A stretch of 64,000 nucleotides of DNA from Chara braunii (lineage: Eukaryota > Plantae > Charophyceae), in assembly GCA_003427395.1 (NCBI GenBank), contig BFEA01000001.1:10423030-10487029 (forward strand), given 5' to 3'. Both the position numbers and the translations under genes were made by a program. Each line of letters starts with the position of its first letter. The first letter of the stretch is position 1. Below, piece by piece: positions 35,981-48,151 of this stretch. The notes beneath the pieces are model-generated. The model did not search any database, had not been told where the DNA came from, and saw only the letters and a list, made by a program, of their open reading frames with translations.

Positions 35981-36412
35981 CCGGGCCTTAAAGTCCCGCC
36001 AACCTCCTACTTCTATCCCGGTCCTTAGTCCTACGTTCCTCCTCCCTCAATTTTTTTAACCTATTCGTGCCAACGTTCAGGCAGCCTTTCAAAAAATCAG
36101 TGATAACCAAAGTCCCTGGGCCATCCCAATCCCTAATAAGTGTCATCTGATTTCGGGTAGGTACAGGGTCCCAGTTACCCTAAGGTCGGTCTACAGATCA
36201 TCACCAGGTCCCCGATTAAACCTCATGTCGCTCCATAAGTATTCCACCATCATAAAAACGTTGTTTCTCCCCAAGGTTACGACTCGCCATTCTACATCAC
36301 TCCCTCGAAACTCGTAGCTCGCAGAAAGTGATACTTGCCACCCATTGCCATGCTCCAAGCGCAAGCGAGGGCATGTAAGTTGCCGCGGCATTCGGACGCG
36401 TCTTGCCACCAT
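35981..36412 (-). pseudogene. Unknown-family paralogue P4 (N-terminal part, cut by the LTR copy at 35980)
   Basis: MVARR...VSLSASYEFRGSDVEWRVVTLGRNNVFMMVEYLW...DL*TDLRVTGTLYLPE aligns without gaps to P3. Confidence 0.7.
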
Positions 36413-36469
36413 TGTCGATTGGTGAGCCTCTGCATAGTAAAAAAATAAATGAATATAGCCTATCTTCCT

Positions 36470-36758
36470 TTACACAATTAAGTCCCTACTCACTACCTTC
36501 CTTTTCTTCGGTTCTTTGTTCTTCTCACCTTGGCTCCTACCATTATCATTCTCTCGTTCATCCCTCTTGGCTATCCTTTCCTCTGGCAACTTGAACAACC
36601 GATATATGTCGTCTATGGAGGTCAGTCCGCGAATCACTTCTCGCCTAATGACACCCCACATAATTTCGTCACTGATCAGCGGGACTCTCGGCCTTGTTGT
36701 CACAGCTGCCTGCAGTATGCGCAACACTTCATATCCCTGCTCTTCCTCAAAGGCCCGG
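36470..36758 (-). pseudogene. C-terminal part of paralogue P3 (joins 58197-58756)
   Basis: Excising 36764-58196 plus 5 bp gives in-frame ...GAMTYREY-RAFEEEQGYEVLRILQAA...EPKKRKVVSRDLIV*. Confidence 0.75.
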
Positions 36759-37897
36759 TAGTATGTGACATGCCAGCTTCCGGACTTGCGCTATTTTTCG
36801 CCCCCCCCACCCTTCTCTCTTTGTCGAATTTGGTTAACAACCCGATGAGGCCTCTTTTTGTATTTTCAATGAATGTAATATACGGGACCTTCGAATCGAT
36901 TTTTGGAATTTCATCTTTTGCGAATTCGGGAATTACATGGGAATTACGCGCGCCTTAGCGAGCACGCTAGGAAATTGGGTTGACGGTTAGGAATTCTGGA
37001 ATGGACGAAATATGACGTGTCCTTTCTTGCGCATGAATGTTCTCAATTTCGTCTTGAAAAGCTCTGAGAATTTTTGCAGGAATCTGAATAAGTATAGGAC
37101 TTTCTCCCACGCCGCTCGCTCTACCGCAAGGATATGGTACTTTTCAATTTGAATTAGCTGTAACTGTTTCGGTGCCCTTTTTGCGTTCGTATCAGCGCCA
37201 TGCATGCGATTCTCCCCTCCCCGTTTCACTCGCTGCCCTCGACACTCTTTTCTTCACACTCATGCTCCTTCTCTCTCTGTAACCGTTTTTCATCTCCCTT
37301 TTACTTTGCGCACCTTTTCTCCCCTTCTTGATTGTCTGAATCTTGGTTCCGTTTCACACTATTCTTCGTGCTCTTCCTCTTCCCGCTCTGATCCTCGTGC
37401 CGAAATACCCTGTCGACCCCCTTTCACTCCCTCTAGCCAAGGAGACACGCAGTAAAAGAAGGAAATTCCTGATACACGACGATTCTGATTGGCTACAGCT
37501 GGGATCCAAAGGATCGACATGACTTTCGTCAGACAATCCCTGAGCCTTTCCCTACTCCTCCCTGTCTCAGTCCTATGCCCGTCTATCTTCTTTTCCGCAG
37601 CTATAAATTTCACAAGCGCTTCCGAAAATCTCTCTCTCGACTCATCAGCCCGCTTCCGGAAAGCTGTGGCTAGGTGGCATGAAGGAAGGTGCGAGTCGAA
37701 AAGTCCCGACGAGCTCGCTGTAGTCTCGACACTCGACATGCTGGATCGCCCGACGGACTGTGGGATCCGAGCAGGGTCGTGCAGGGGCTAAGTCGGTGGG
37801 GTGACAATCGCTATGGTGGATTTGGAACGTGATGGCTGGGATCGTCAGTGCAAGTGAGACGTTCGAGTCGGAAGTGAGTGAGTGCACGACCTGGGGC

Positions 37898-37935
37898 CTG
37901 TCTCTTATACACATCTAGATGTGTATAAGAGACAG
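37898..37935. other. Nextera mate-pair junction adapter (assembly artefact) with a flanking 129-bp false duplication
   Basis: CTGTCTCTTATACACATCT+AGATGTGTATAAGAGACAG (two Tn5 mosaic ends). 37769-37897 is repeated exactly at 37936-38064. Confidence 0.98.
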
Positions 37936-38456
37936 GAGCAGGGTCGTGCAGGGGCTAAGTCGGTGGGGTGACAATCGCTATGGTGGATTTGGAACGTGAT
38001 GGCTGGGATCGTCAGTGCAAGTGAGACGTTCGAGTCGGAAGTGAGTGAGTGCACGACCTGGGGCTATGGTGAAATTTTATGGCAGAAGTGATTTCTTCCC
38101 TTTCTTTCCCAAAATTTGTATCTTTGAGTGTGAGTTCTGATCGCTCGGCTTTTAAGCGGGGATATTCCTGGACCAACTCGCCTGACATTCTGTGATTGCT
38201 TTCTACTCGTCCCTCCTTCCTGGCCTGCGTCCATACTCTCTCCCTCTCTCCCCTCCGGTCATGTTATGTCATAATGGATGAATTATGGTAACTTGCTTCT
38301 CTCACTCTGGTATGTGCATGCGGTGAGTCGTGATTAGAGATTTTGTTATAGCACGATTGCAAGGACGATTGGCTGATCGACTGAATGATCTGGTTGCCTT
38401 GAGTGACAAACGAATGATGTATGATTAAAATCTGTTTTGAGCTTGCCCTTGCTGCC

Positions 38457-38900
38457 ATGTGGACTGACGACCCTGATCCGACCAGACGCCAACTTCCCGT
38501 ACCCCCGCCACGCCCCTTCCCGTACAACGAGGAAAGGGTACGTGTATGCAAGTGGGACGTACGAGAAGCCATCACCAAGATTGGAGGGCGTTACTACTTT
38601 CCTCCCGAAACTCAGTGCTCGGGATTCGTCGGTGCGGGTTTTGTTATCATTGATACGCATTTCCCGCCCTATTCGTTGTTGTTGTCATTTAACGAATTGA
38701 TCGTTGTTCCGTGGATGGCAGTAGGGCCTCATTGGCCTAACACTCTGTGCAGCGATTGTCGTCACTTCGAGCATTACCAGGTCAAGGGTTGTCACTATCG
38801 TACACGTGGCGAGGACGAACACAAAGAGAAGGCTACTCGATTGAGGCCCTCCACGTCAGACTCCGAGTTGTGTAGTGAGCGTCGACGAGACCTCATCTGA
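38457..38900 (+). CDS. LTR-embedded ORF of unknown function (homologue of 32737-33147)
   Basis: FVGAGFVIIDTHFPPYSLLLSFNELIVVPWMAVGPHWPNTLCSDCR, followed by STSDSELC (compare SDSDSEFC in the other LTR). Confidence 0.6.
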   Translation: MWTDDPDPTRRQLPVPPPRPFPYNEERVRVCKWDVREAITKIGGRYYFPPETQCSGFVGAGFVIIDTHFPPYSLLLSFNELIVVPWMAVGPHWPNTLCSDCRHFEHYQVKGCHYRTRGEDEHKEKATRLRPSTSDSELCSERRRDLI

Positions 38901-41900
38901 AAACGGGATACCACGTGTGTACCTGCCCCCTTTCACGCGAAACGAAGAGCGACGGCTCGCTGGGAAGTTCAACGATACTTTTTAGATTGAATTTACCATA
39001 GTTGTGAGTCCCCGCACACGCCTTTATCTCCCTTAAAACCTGCGCAGCGATACATTCGAACCAACACGGGGGATTTCCAGTTATGTCAGTGTCCCCGCAC
39101 TCAATTTTCCAAAAATCTTTGGCACACCCCATCTTTGCTGCCTTTCCCCATTGTCGGTGCGAATACTCTTACAAGGGTATCCACCCTGGCTTTTGCAAGT
39201 GACATAAAATAAGTTTGGTTTAAAGTCTAAATATTTCGCGCGAGGCGCGACTGCGTCTGTGACTTACGTTGGCTGAAGGTTGACTAGAATAGAGAGTGTC
39301 TGGGCGCACGGGCTTGAGGCGCCCATTATTTTATTTATTGATGACTGAAGAACCGGCGTGATCGCCGACCAGATTTTTATTTATTTATGATTTGAATTAT
39401 GATTAAAAATATTTTTGCCTTTTGATTGGTGCGCTTGCGCGTGACTTGTGCGACGTGCGGAAAACGGCGTCGACAACAATGTGATTTTGAAGACATTTCG
39501 GTAGATCTACGCGTCGCGCAGTATTCTCTTATTTAGGTGTCCGTCAGCCTTGGGCCTAACACTATTGGTTACAGCGTCTGACTTTCATCTGAGAGATTCA
39601 GGGATCGAGATCGAGCAGCGACGACGCGGGATATTAGAGTAGCGCGAAGGGGCCGAGGGGTTGAGGGCCCGACGGGGCTATTCCCCTTGGTTTTGCCGTT
39701 AGCGGAGTCGCAGCGGCGCCAACGGTTCCTTTTACAGTCATCGCTGACCATTAAAATTTTAAATGTGTTATTATTTATCGTCATTCTTAATTATTTTATG
39801 TTTTAGTGTTCTCTGAATCAAGACGTGGCGCCGGGTTTGAGGGCCGTCACGGCGGCCGAAGACCTTGAGCGTGCACTTCCCTTAGTTGACCAATGGGGCT
39901 TTGTTGGGGGACCGTAGCGATGTCGCGGCAAGTTGAAGACCATGGTGGACCCATCACTACTTCGGTCCTCAAAGTTCTCATTTGAATATTTGCTACTATC
40001 ATTAAGATCTGCATCAGGACCCCCCCCTCCGACTGGAGCCATGCCTCAGGCCTGCAGTAGGCCCGGAAACTTGATTTTGTGTGTGTGGGCGGCCGCTGGT
40101 GGGCAGTGGTGGCCAAAGGCAGTGGCGCAGTCCGCCTGACCGGAGCAGGCCAGAGATAGACCAAGGGGAGGCTGTAGTGGGATGGCAGCGAAGCCAGCTG
40201 GCCACACTGCTCGTCGGGCAGAGTATAGAGGCGAAAGACTCATCGACCGTCTGATAATCGGCCATTTTCGGGCTATCGCTTACGGAAAAGGTGACCAAAC
40301 TGTGTTGGGCATTGCGGGGCCGCCGTGGTCGGATGCTGCATCGGTGGCAGCGGGGCAGAGCAAGGCAGCAGAGCGATGGGGCTAAGGCAAGGAACGTAGC
40401 GCAAGCAGAGGGAAACGAACCCGGGCTGGAAAATGCGCAAGGTGCATGCGAGAGCCACAGGCTATGGCAGAAGGAGAAGGGAGTGGAAAACATGAAACCC
40501 GCCCGATCCTTGATGAAAACGGGTGGGGAAAGAGTCGAGGCTAAGTTTTCTAGGCAGGGCGAATTAGATTATGCAGTTAGTTTATGGGTTAGAGGGTTGT
40601 GTAGAGTGGTTAGTGAGAAAAGCACCGTGTGAAGGTATGGCAAAGATAGAGGGAAAGTGAAGAAGAAGGAGGTGGATGAATACATATCTCGCCCATTTCC
40701 GGACGAAATCGGCTGAGGGAGGACTCAAACCGGGGGTTTTGGGGCGTGGCGGCCCCGATTCTGAAGTCATAATTAGTAAAAAGTTAGCAGAAGAAGATTT
40801 AGTAGAAAAAAGTGCTGCGTGAAAGTGTCGGGAGAGGTAGATATGACAGAGAGTGGGGAGTTTAGCCCATCCGATCCTTGACAGAATCGGACGAGGGGAG
40901 CCGCGTTTTGGGTGATCTGGAGTAAGATGGATGCGATGAAGATCTTAGTTCTGTTAATACGTTAGTAGGAAGGTGGATAAGAAGGGGCTGCATGGACGGG
41001 GGGGGGATAGCAGAAAGTCCAGGTATCTAATTGTGTTCAGGCGGTAGGTTCATTCAATTTTGCTCACTGTATCGATGGACGTAGCCGCTGCTTATCCCTC
41101 TACGCATACGATTCGAAGGCGGTATATCATTTTACATTCTAGCGGGAGATCCATTTATGACTTGAAGATAGTGGGGCAGTTGATGCCACACGCATTGGTC
41201 GGAGTCCCGGTACGACTCGTACGGGTCTCGATCCCGGTGAAGTTTTATGTAGGCTACCATCCTCGCTTTTGTTAGTGCTCTTGGTCTTCGCTCTGTTGCC
41301 GCATGATAACAACGGTGATCCCCATAGCAGTCGAGCTGACAAAGGAATAACGAGTAGGAGAGTGAAAGGATAAACGAGAAGAGAATGGGGAGATGGGCAA
41401 AAGGAGAGTCAGGCAGAGGCAGGGGAAAGGTTGAAACTAAAGACTCACCTGCTCACTGATACACTGCCCGAACTGAGGAGATTGCAGGCCTAGCTGCTGG
41501 CCAGTGGGCCGCCAAATGCATTAGCCGAAGTGACGAGGAGGGTCAACCACGGGGTGAAAAAACCTTGCCTTGCAAACACGCGTTGCCCAGTGAGCCACTG
41601 ACAGTGGAGTAAGGTCCGCCGTGAAGATTTGCAGATTGACTGGTGTGCTGCCGTTTATACCAGGCAGAGTAGTGTGAGTCCGACCACGGGCTGAATACTT
41701 GTTAGAGCTTGGTAAAGGCTACACAATCAGCACATGCGCACACTCCACCTGTTGAGTGACCAGCTAAACTGCGGTGACTGTTGTCGTTATGGCATGAGAG
41801 GGGACCGAGCTTCGTGGTGCTGACCCGAGTCTGAAGCCATAGCTAGTCGGACTGCGCTGCTGTTACACTGTGGTGCCGTAGAAAGAAGACTGTCTTGAGC

Positions 41901-42564
41901 TGTAACCTGTGCATTTCGGGTCACGAAGTTATGAAATGGTTGAGTCCTTGAAGGAGGCAGAGTCGTCGTTGCGAAGTGGGAGAGTCGTCAGGGAGTCAAC
42001 GGTTGAATGATTTGACTTCAGTCGACCAGGCTGGTAAGCACTTCCGCCATCATCGCGGGGTCCTCAAGCGTGTCAAGGTATCAAGGACTTCTCCCGCGAG
42101 TCTAAGAGCACCCTCCTTGGATCTGAGAGACTGAATCATTCTTCCTCTGCCTTTCTTACTCTAAGTCTAGTATATTGGTTACGAGAGGAAGGCGGCAGGC
42201 GGGATTGCAACCTGTAGGACCGCATCAAGACTTTGTGGGGAGTCCACCCACCGATTGCGGGAACTCTGCCGGAACCTAGGCGAGGTTCTAGAGGCAGGGA
42301 ACCATCAGGTAAATCATCTCTGTCTGTATGACCCACCATGCCGATGTCTGCCTATCTCCCTGTTGTTTGACTGATGTATGTACGTGATTGCCCCTATGAT
42401 TTTACTTTCTTCCAGTACTTAATCAGACTAAATGGAAGGAGTGTATGAAAGTGAAGCATAAGTTTCATCTTTATTTCTGTCTGAAAACAGATTAAGGTAT
42501 GAAATGAGGGAAGATGGGAGGAATGCAGACTGCATGCGTTTGACCGAGTCAACCAAGGACTGGG

Positions 42565-43168
42565 CATTGTTTTTAAGCTGAATGGCTCAGGGCTATGTTT
42601 ATTTGGCTGTTTCTGAAGGGTCAGGCATTGTTTCTAAGCTCAATGACATGGTTGTTGTGTTTTTTTCTGAGGGTTTGCCTGGCTGAAGGGTTTAATCACT
42701 TGTTTCATTCTGAGGGAGGATTTTTTGTCTAAGGCTAAGCATTGTTTCTAAGCTGAATGGTTTAGCCTGAAACCACGCATATAAGTATAAACTGAGTGTA
42801 AAAGAAAATACTTTACTTATATTTCCATGTGAACTTGCAGTTGGGCATTGTTTCCAAGCCGAATGGTCCACACTAAGCCATATCACTAAGTAGAGAAGGA
42901 AAACTCCAGAGTATAATTGGAAGTAGTCTGGGCAAGCTGAACATTGTTTCCAAGCCGAATGGTTCAGTCCCTGCCCATATTTGCATTTTCTTTTGAGAAT
43001 AAAGTCAGAAAGTTATTAATATTTGGATATTAAACAGTTCAGGGCGGCTAGGCATTGTTTCCAAGCCGAATGGTCTAGTCAAATGCCCAAAGGAGAGAGA
43101 AGTGGTAGTGTAACCTGTTCGTGTATATCTTAAAGGCTCACTAGACATTGTTTCTAAGTTGAATGGTC
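42565..43168 (+). repeat. Seven interspaced 22-bp motifs CATTGTTTCYAAGCYGAATGGT
   Basis: Copies start at 42565, 42626, 42740, 42846, 42942, 43053 and 43146. The spacers are dissimilar. Confidence 0.9.
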
Positions 43169-43469
43169 TAGCATTGTGCCATATGTAAGTTGGGTATAAG
43201 GGTTGAATCATCAGAGGGTTTCATGAACTATCTTATATAAAGTGACTTCGGGCTGGTGAGAGTACTTATCTTTGTGGTTTGGCCTTGCATGTGACTGAGT
43301 GAGATTACTACTTGGTCCGAGTTTCAGTTTGATAGGTAGCTGTTTTAGACGCTCGCCACGTGCTAGAGCCACAAAAGTTAGTTTCAATTCCTGCATTTTC
43401 TAGGTTAAGTTTATTTTTACTTAGGTCGATTTCTGAATTTTCTGGGATCATTTATTATACTTGGTCTTG

Positions 43470-43792
43470 TATAAATTTTGGTAAGGCACTTTCTCTACGG
43501 GAAGTGCTGCCGAAATTTCTACAAAACCAACGAGTTAGTCAGATTTTATCTTTTTCAGGGTCCAATTTTTAAGACTTTTTGGCTTAGTAAAAATTTGAAA
43601 AACCTCCTTTTCTAAAGGGAGTGCTGCCCAAATTTTTACTAGTTCAGGGAGTTCGACAAAATTTGGCTTTCCAAAATTATAGTTGATTTTTTTTTTCATA
43701 TTTGAGTTATTATAAATTTTGAGAAGGTATTTTTCCTACGGAAAGCGCTGCCGAAATTTTCTTAATTTATAGGAGTTAGGTTATATTTTGAC
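43470..43792 (+). repeat. Three diverged ~120-bp tandem units with core GTGCTGCCGAAATTT
   Basis: Cores near 43504, 43621 and 43746; the same units occur in the 3' LTR at ~56270-56590. Confidence 0.75.
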
Positions 43793-44439
43793 AGGTGGCA
43801 ATCCTAAAAATCCACTCTGTATAGAGGAGATTCTGTCAGGGTCTACCTTCTTTTGGCGCGTCGCCTATCCGATTTCCGCATCGGAGAGTTATAGGAAGAC
43901 TACTAAGGAACTAGGAGTGTGGTCGCGTTGTATGTTTTGTGTCGTTTCGTGTATATGTACGTGTGCGTGTTTTTTATGTTTTGTAGAGTGGTGTGCTCGT
44001 GGAGTGTGGGATGCGTCCTAGTCGCCTGACGACGAGTCGCGCTTGGGACCTCGACCCCCTAAGATGTCGGATCGCGTGCGGGTCCGATAGAGGCGTATTA
44101 CTGCGCGTACCCCCTATGCTACAACGAACGAGAAACACCCTCGACTGGTCCACCTCTGCGATTGCAGCTGATTAACTTTCGTACTGTGGACTGGTAGCTC
44201 GGTGGGGATACGCCCACCGAAGGGAGGTGACAACTCCCGTAAGGTGGAGGTAAGCCGTACCTCACGTAGGCCCTATCCTATCGTAGGGGCTCGCGAGAGG
44301 TATGGCGGCGCACTCGGTCAGAGCGGCTTGTGGAAACTCCATATGTATTTGCGACGAGGATTAAAACCAACTCCTGCGTGACGTGGCCGGGATGGTCCCG
44401 CGCTGCCTTGTGTGGTGCCGGACCGATGCGTTCGACAGG

Positions 44440-44458
44440 TGGCGCCGTTGCCGGGGAT
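44440..44458 (+). promoter_or_regulatory. Primer-binding site, tRNA-Asp (Athila-type)
   Basis: TGGCGCCGTTGCCGGGGAT, 2 nt after the LTR end. Confidence 0.93.
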
Positions 44459-45552
44459 AACGGTTGTTTGCCGTTGTCCCTGGTGGAACGATATCCGGGT
44501 ATGGGAATGTGATAAATAGTCAAAGAAAGAAGTTTTTTTTTGAGTTTAATTGTTTGATGGTATAAAACAGAGTGAAGGTTGACTGTGCGAGTTGGTTTTG
44601 TTTGATACAGTAAGGGTGGCACGAGAGCGATAAGCGTTTTGACTATGAGCTTACGTACTCTGACTGATAAGATGGTAGTTGGAGATGGTACGTCTTCTGG
44701 CCACGATAGTTGACAAATTTGGACGTTGCTTTGCATGGTTGATATGGTCAGGGTAAGATGAGGGAACGTCGATATGAGTAAGAACGTCCATTGAGGAAGT
44801 TGGCCCTATAAGGTACCTATTATGGTTGAAAAAGTTATCTGAGTGGTGATGAGAGCGACTTTGTACTTTTGTATTAAAGTGAGATCGAGGATGAGTAAGG
44901 GAGCCTATTATGTTAGAGGTCGTCAAAGGACTTCGAGGAGAGTTAAGCTAATGACGTTCAAAGTCTTTATAAGTATGGATATGGGATCCTTGGGTCTAGG
45001 TTCTAAGCGATTGTTCAATTTATATAGTCATAGGAGGCTGAGGGCTGCCTCCATGATGTGTTTGAACTAGGTGTATAAGGTTGTAGGTAGACGCAGTACA
45101 CGCCATGTTGAGACCTCAATAGAAGAGACTACGTGACGTAGTAGGTCTGCATAGTACCCTCTCTGCAAAGGAAGACTATTTTGTTCACCCTTGATAGGAC
45201 TATGAGTTGAAGTTGATGTTAGACATTCGCTTGAACATTTTCGGACTTGGACCATCCACGTGAATCTATGAGGTTAGAGCTAAGGACTTGAGACTATTCT
45301 CTTCTAAGGGCATCCCTCTTGAGTTATATATTGAACTCATCCATATATGTCAGATGTTGTCTGAATAAGCTTGTCTAATATCTCATCATGTAAGGCTAAG
45401 TGCTTAGTGATTATATTCTTTTAATGATTATCCTTGTCAGAAATATTTACATAGGCTATGTATCTGGAGTATGTATTTGAACTTATCAAGTCTGCAAGGA
45501 TTTATATGAGCGTCTCAAGTCCAATTATCAACCTATGGCTGTCTATTAAGTT

Positions 45553-45789
45553 CTACGTTGCATAGAGTACACGTACGGGGGCTTCCCGTACAAAACGTAC
45601 AGGTTATTTTTATACGGGATATGTACGGGAACCTGTACGGGAACCTGTACGTCTTGTACGCCCCCGTACNNNNNNNNNNNNNNNNNNNNNNNNNNNNNNN
45701 NNNNNNNNNNNNNNNNNNNNNNNNNNNNNNNNNNNNNNNNNNNNNNNNNNNNNNNNNNNNNNNNNNNNNNNNNNNNNNNNNNNNNNNNN

Positions 45790-45837
<48 letters not shown>

Positions 45838-46055
45838 TCATAAAAAAAATCCGAAAAAAAAACTATGTGATGCAACAACGCAAACCAAGCAACATTTGGC
45901 TGAGCATCATCTTCAGATTCTTATTAGAATTTGAGAAAAAAAATAAAACCAATACCGGATTAAAAAAAAAAAAAAAAAACTCGTACGGGGCCCCTAGCGT
46001 ACGAGTAGAGTACGAGTCCGTACTCGTACGAGGGTGCGTACAAGTGGCAACGTAG
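45553..46055. mobile_element. hAT-type MITE (contains a gap)
   Basis: 9-bp TIR CTACGTTGC/GCAACGTAG, perfect 8-bp TSD ATTAAGTT (45545-45552 and 46056-46063), many CGTAC/GTACG subterminal motifs. Confidence 0.92.
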
Positions 46056-47127
46056 ATTAAGTTTGTGTTTGAATTGCTCCTCAAAGAGGGGTAGAGATAT
46101 TATGCAAAATCCACGTCTGATGCGGATTCAGAGGTGAATGACGTGACCGTTTTCTTGAGATAAGTACCCCTCAGGAAGTGACCAATGTATAAGGTCTACC
46201 CCAAGGAAAGTTGCAATCCTATGTTATTGTTCTCCTGAGAGATCGCTTTGAAGAAGATATAATTTTGTCTTGTAAGTAGTAGTAAGACCCACACCGGAAC
46301 TCTGTTCCTGGTCCATAGTGGGGTGTTGTTTTTGTATCCTCTTTGATAAAATGACGGTACTACTACTGAAAGGGAGAAAGGTATTTGAGCCTTGTCAGAC
46401 CATGGCCTATGAGGAAAGCAACTACTACATGCCACAAAAAGGTAGGGGTTGAATCCCCAACTATTTTTGCGTCAAGTAGGTTCACCAGCACAGGACGAGA
46501 TAGCGCATCCCGAAGCGTGTATGATGAGGTTGGTTACTTTGTAGGCAAGGATCTGCAAGGAGTCAGTGATGGAATCGGATGGAGAAGCAGTGAGGCTTGA
46601 TCTTTGAGTGAGACTCAGGGATTTGAGATGGTATCCTTTCTGAAAAGGATTACACTGCCCCTCGCCACAATATACTTCTGTCAAAGCTAGGGGGTACAAT
46701 GTGGTACTCTCGTTGGTATTATGTCTGAGAGTGCTAATTGTTAATGGTCTTATCTCTGATCATAACGTGTCTATCATATGAAATGTATGTGGATATAAGC
46801 TTATTATGAAGTACTTGTATGTACTTTGAATTACTGACTAGCTCATACGTACTGCGTTTGGTTGTTATAAAGAATTATTGATGTTAGATTATCAAGGTGA
46901 TATATCATTGTCCATAAGTAATTATTATTATGAGTTTGTGATAGCTGTGAATAAACTGTTACCATGATATATTACCATTATTTTTTTCTCTAAGTTGGGT
47001 GGTCATAAACACTAGAAAGGATGCCTTTTAGTGAAAGATGATTTGAGGTTAAGGCCTTAGAGATAGAGACTCTTGGACGCGATTGCCAGCATAGCAACGA
47101 AAGGCGTATGCTGGACGTTTTTTTGTG

Positions 47128-47820
47128 ATGGGCAGAACCCAGACCAGAGCGAAGGCAACTCAGGATACCTTATGCTAAGGAAGATCCCAGGGTGACCTTG
47201 CCAGTCAAAAGGAAGATAGATTTGAGATGTCTTTGCCAAGACGAGTCAAGGAAAGAAAGTACATCTCTTCCTGGTGGACCGTGCTGATAGATAAGGGGGG
47301 TTTTGTCTGGATCGAGTCTGGCTTTGATGATGACCGAGACTGCGCGCTCGTGAGGGTGACCCTATATGCTCCACCATCATTTTGGGTCTTACAAGGGATT
47401 GAGTTGGCGCTTGGGTATGAAAGCCTGTTGAAGAGGCCTTTGAGGGTAGCCGAGGGAGTTGCAGCGAAGTGGGCGAGTGATAGGGTCCAGGAAGGAGAAG
47501 AGCAGGTGGAGACTTGTATAGAGATCAAACGTGCCGAAGAGTTCACACTTCCTTCATCCCCATTGAGAGTTATCTTGTCGGAGTTCCTGATAGAAAAGTG
47601 TTTTGGGGGACAAGCAAGGGTAGAGGCCGCAGCAGAGGCCGCTTTGAGGATGCGAGTGTGGGGGTACTCGCAATACACGTGCGAGTTAATATATGGCCTG
47701 TACCTGGACCTAAGGTTTATGCCCCATATGGTCAAGATTGTTGACACTTATGCTGGCTCCCATGATCCGGATGACAGGGCTGCAGATTGGGACGAGATTC
47801 ATGCGGTAGTGGGTCAATAG
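47128..47820 (+). pseudogene. Unknown-family paralogue P5, upstream of gag in element B
   Basis: EMSLPRRVKERKYISSW resembles P2 EMSIPSRNKWR*TICGW. VETCIEIKRAEEFTLPSSPLRVILSEFLIEKCFGG resembles P3 VTTEVKTAMAGTFTLPSKNVRMRLPPFLLQRMGG. One early in-frame stop. Confidence 0.72.
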
Positions 47821-48151
47821 AGAGTACTTTGCCAAGTGCGTCCCTCATAGACTTGTCTATGGCCGCCCCTACTAGGTGATACGAGTACGAAGGCCAGTGG
47901 TACTTGTAGCCTCGATTACTGTCTGCCTAAGACTGGCTTTGAAAGCTCTGCGTATGTAGGATGTATATTGTTTATAGTACCCTCAAAGTATGAATAGGGG
48001 TGACTAGAGTTCATAGTCGTATTGTGTGAGCGAGAAGAGTTAGTGTGGCTGAAGTATTAGCAGCCTTTACTAGCCTTATTGTTTTGAACCTTCTTGTGTC
48101 ACAACCTGATGATCAATTGTTTGTCATGCGTGTCAGGCCAGTATCAACATC

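Larger units (their letters stand above)
36764..39151 (+). mobile_element. Solo LTR related to family A, left part (continues at 58127-58196)
   Basis: Starts TGTGACA. Shares CTAGGAAATTGGG, the LTR ORF and TTTCCAAAAATCYTTGGCACACCCC with the 3' LTR of A. Flanking 5-mers TAGTA/TATTC match 3 of 5. Confidence 0.8.
39152..44437 (+). repeat. 5' LTR of element B (5286 bp)
   Basis: Colinear with 52087-58126; lacks ~900 bp (56661-57560) at the junction near 43857. Confidence 0.93.

Noticed and set aside
37898-37935. Genuine Tn5 ends or a biological palindrome
   Set aside because: Exact match to the library adapter, with an exact flanking duplication.
42565-43168. CRISPR array
   Set aside because: Eukaryotic LTR context, no cas genes, degenerate repeats and spacer lengths of about 40-90 bp. 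Kept only as an interspaced motif array.
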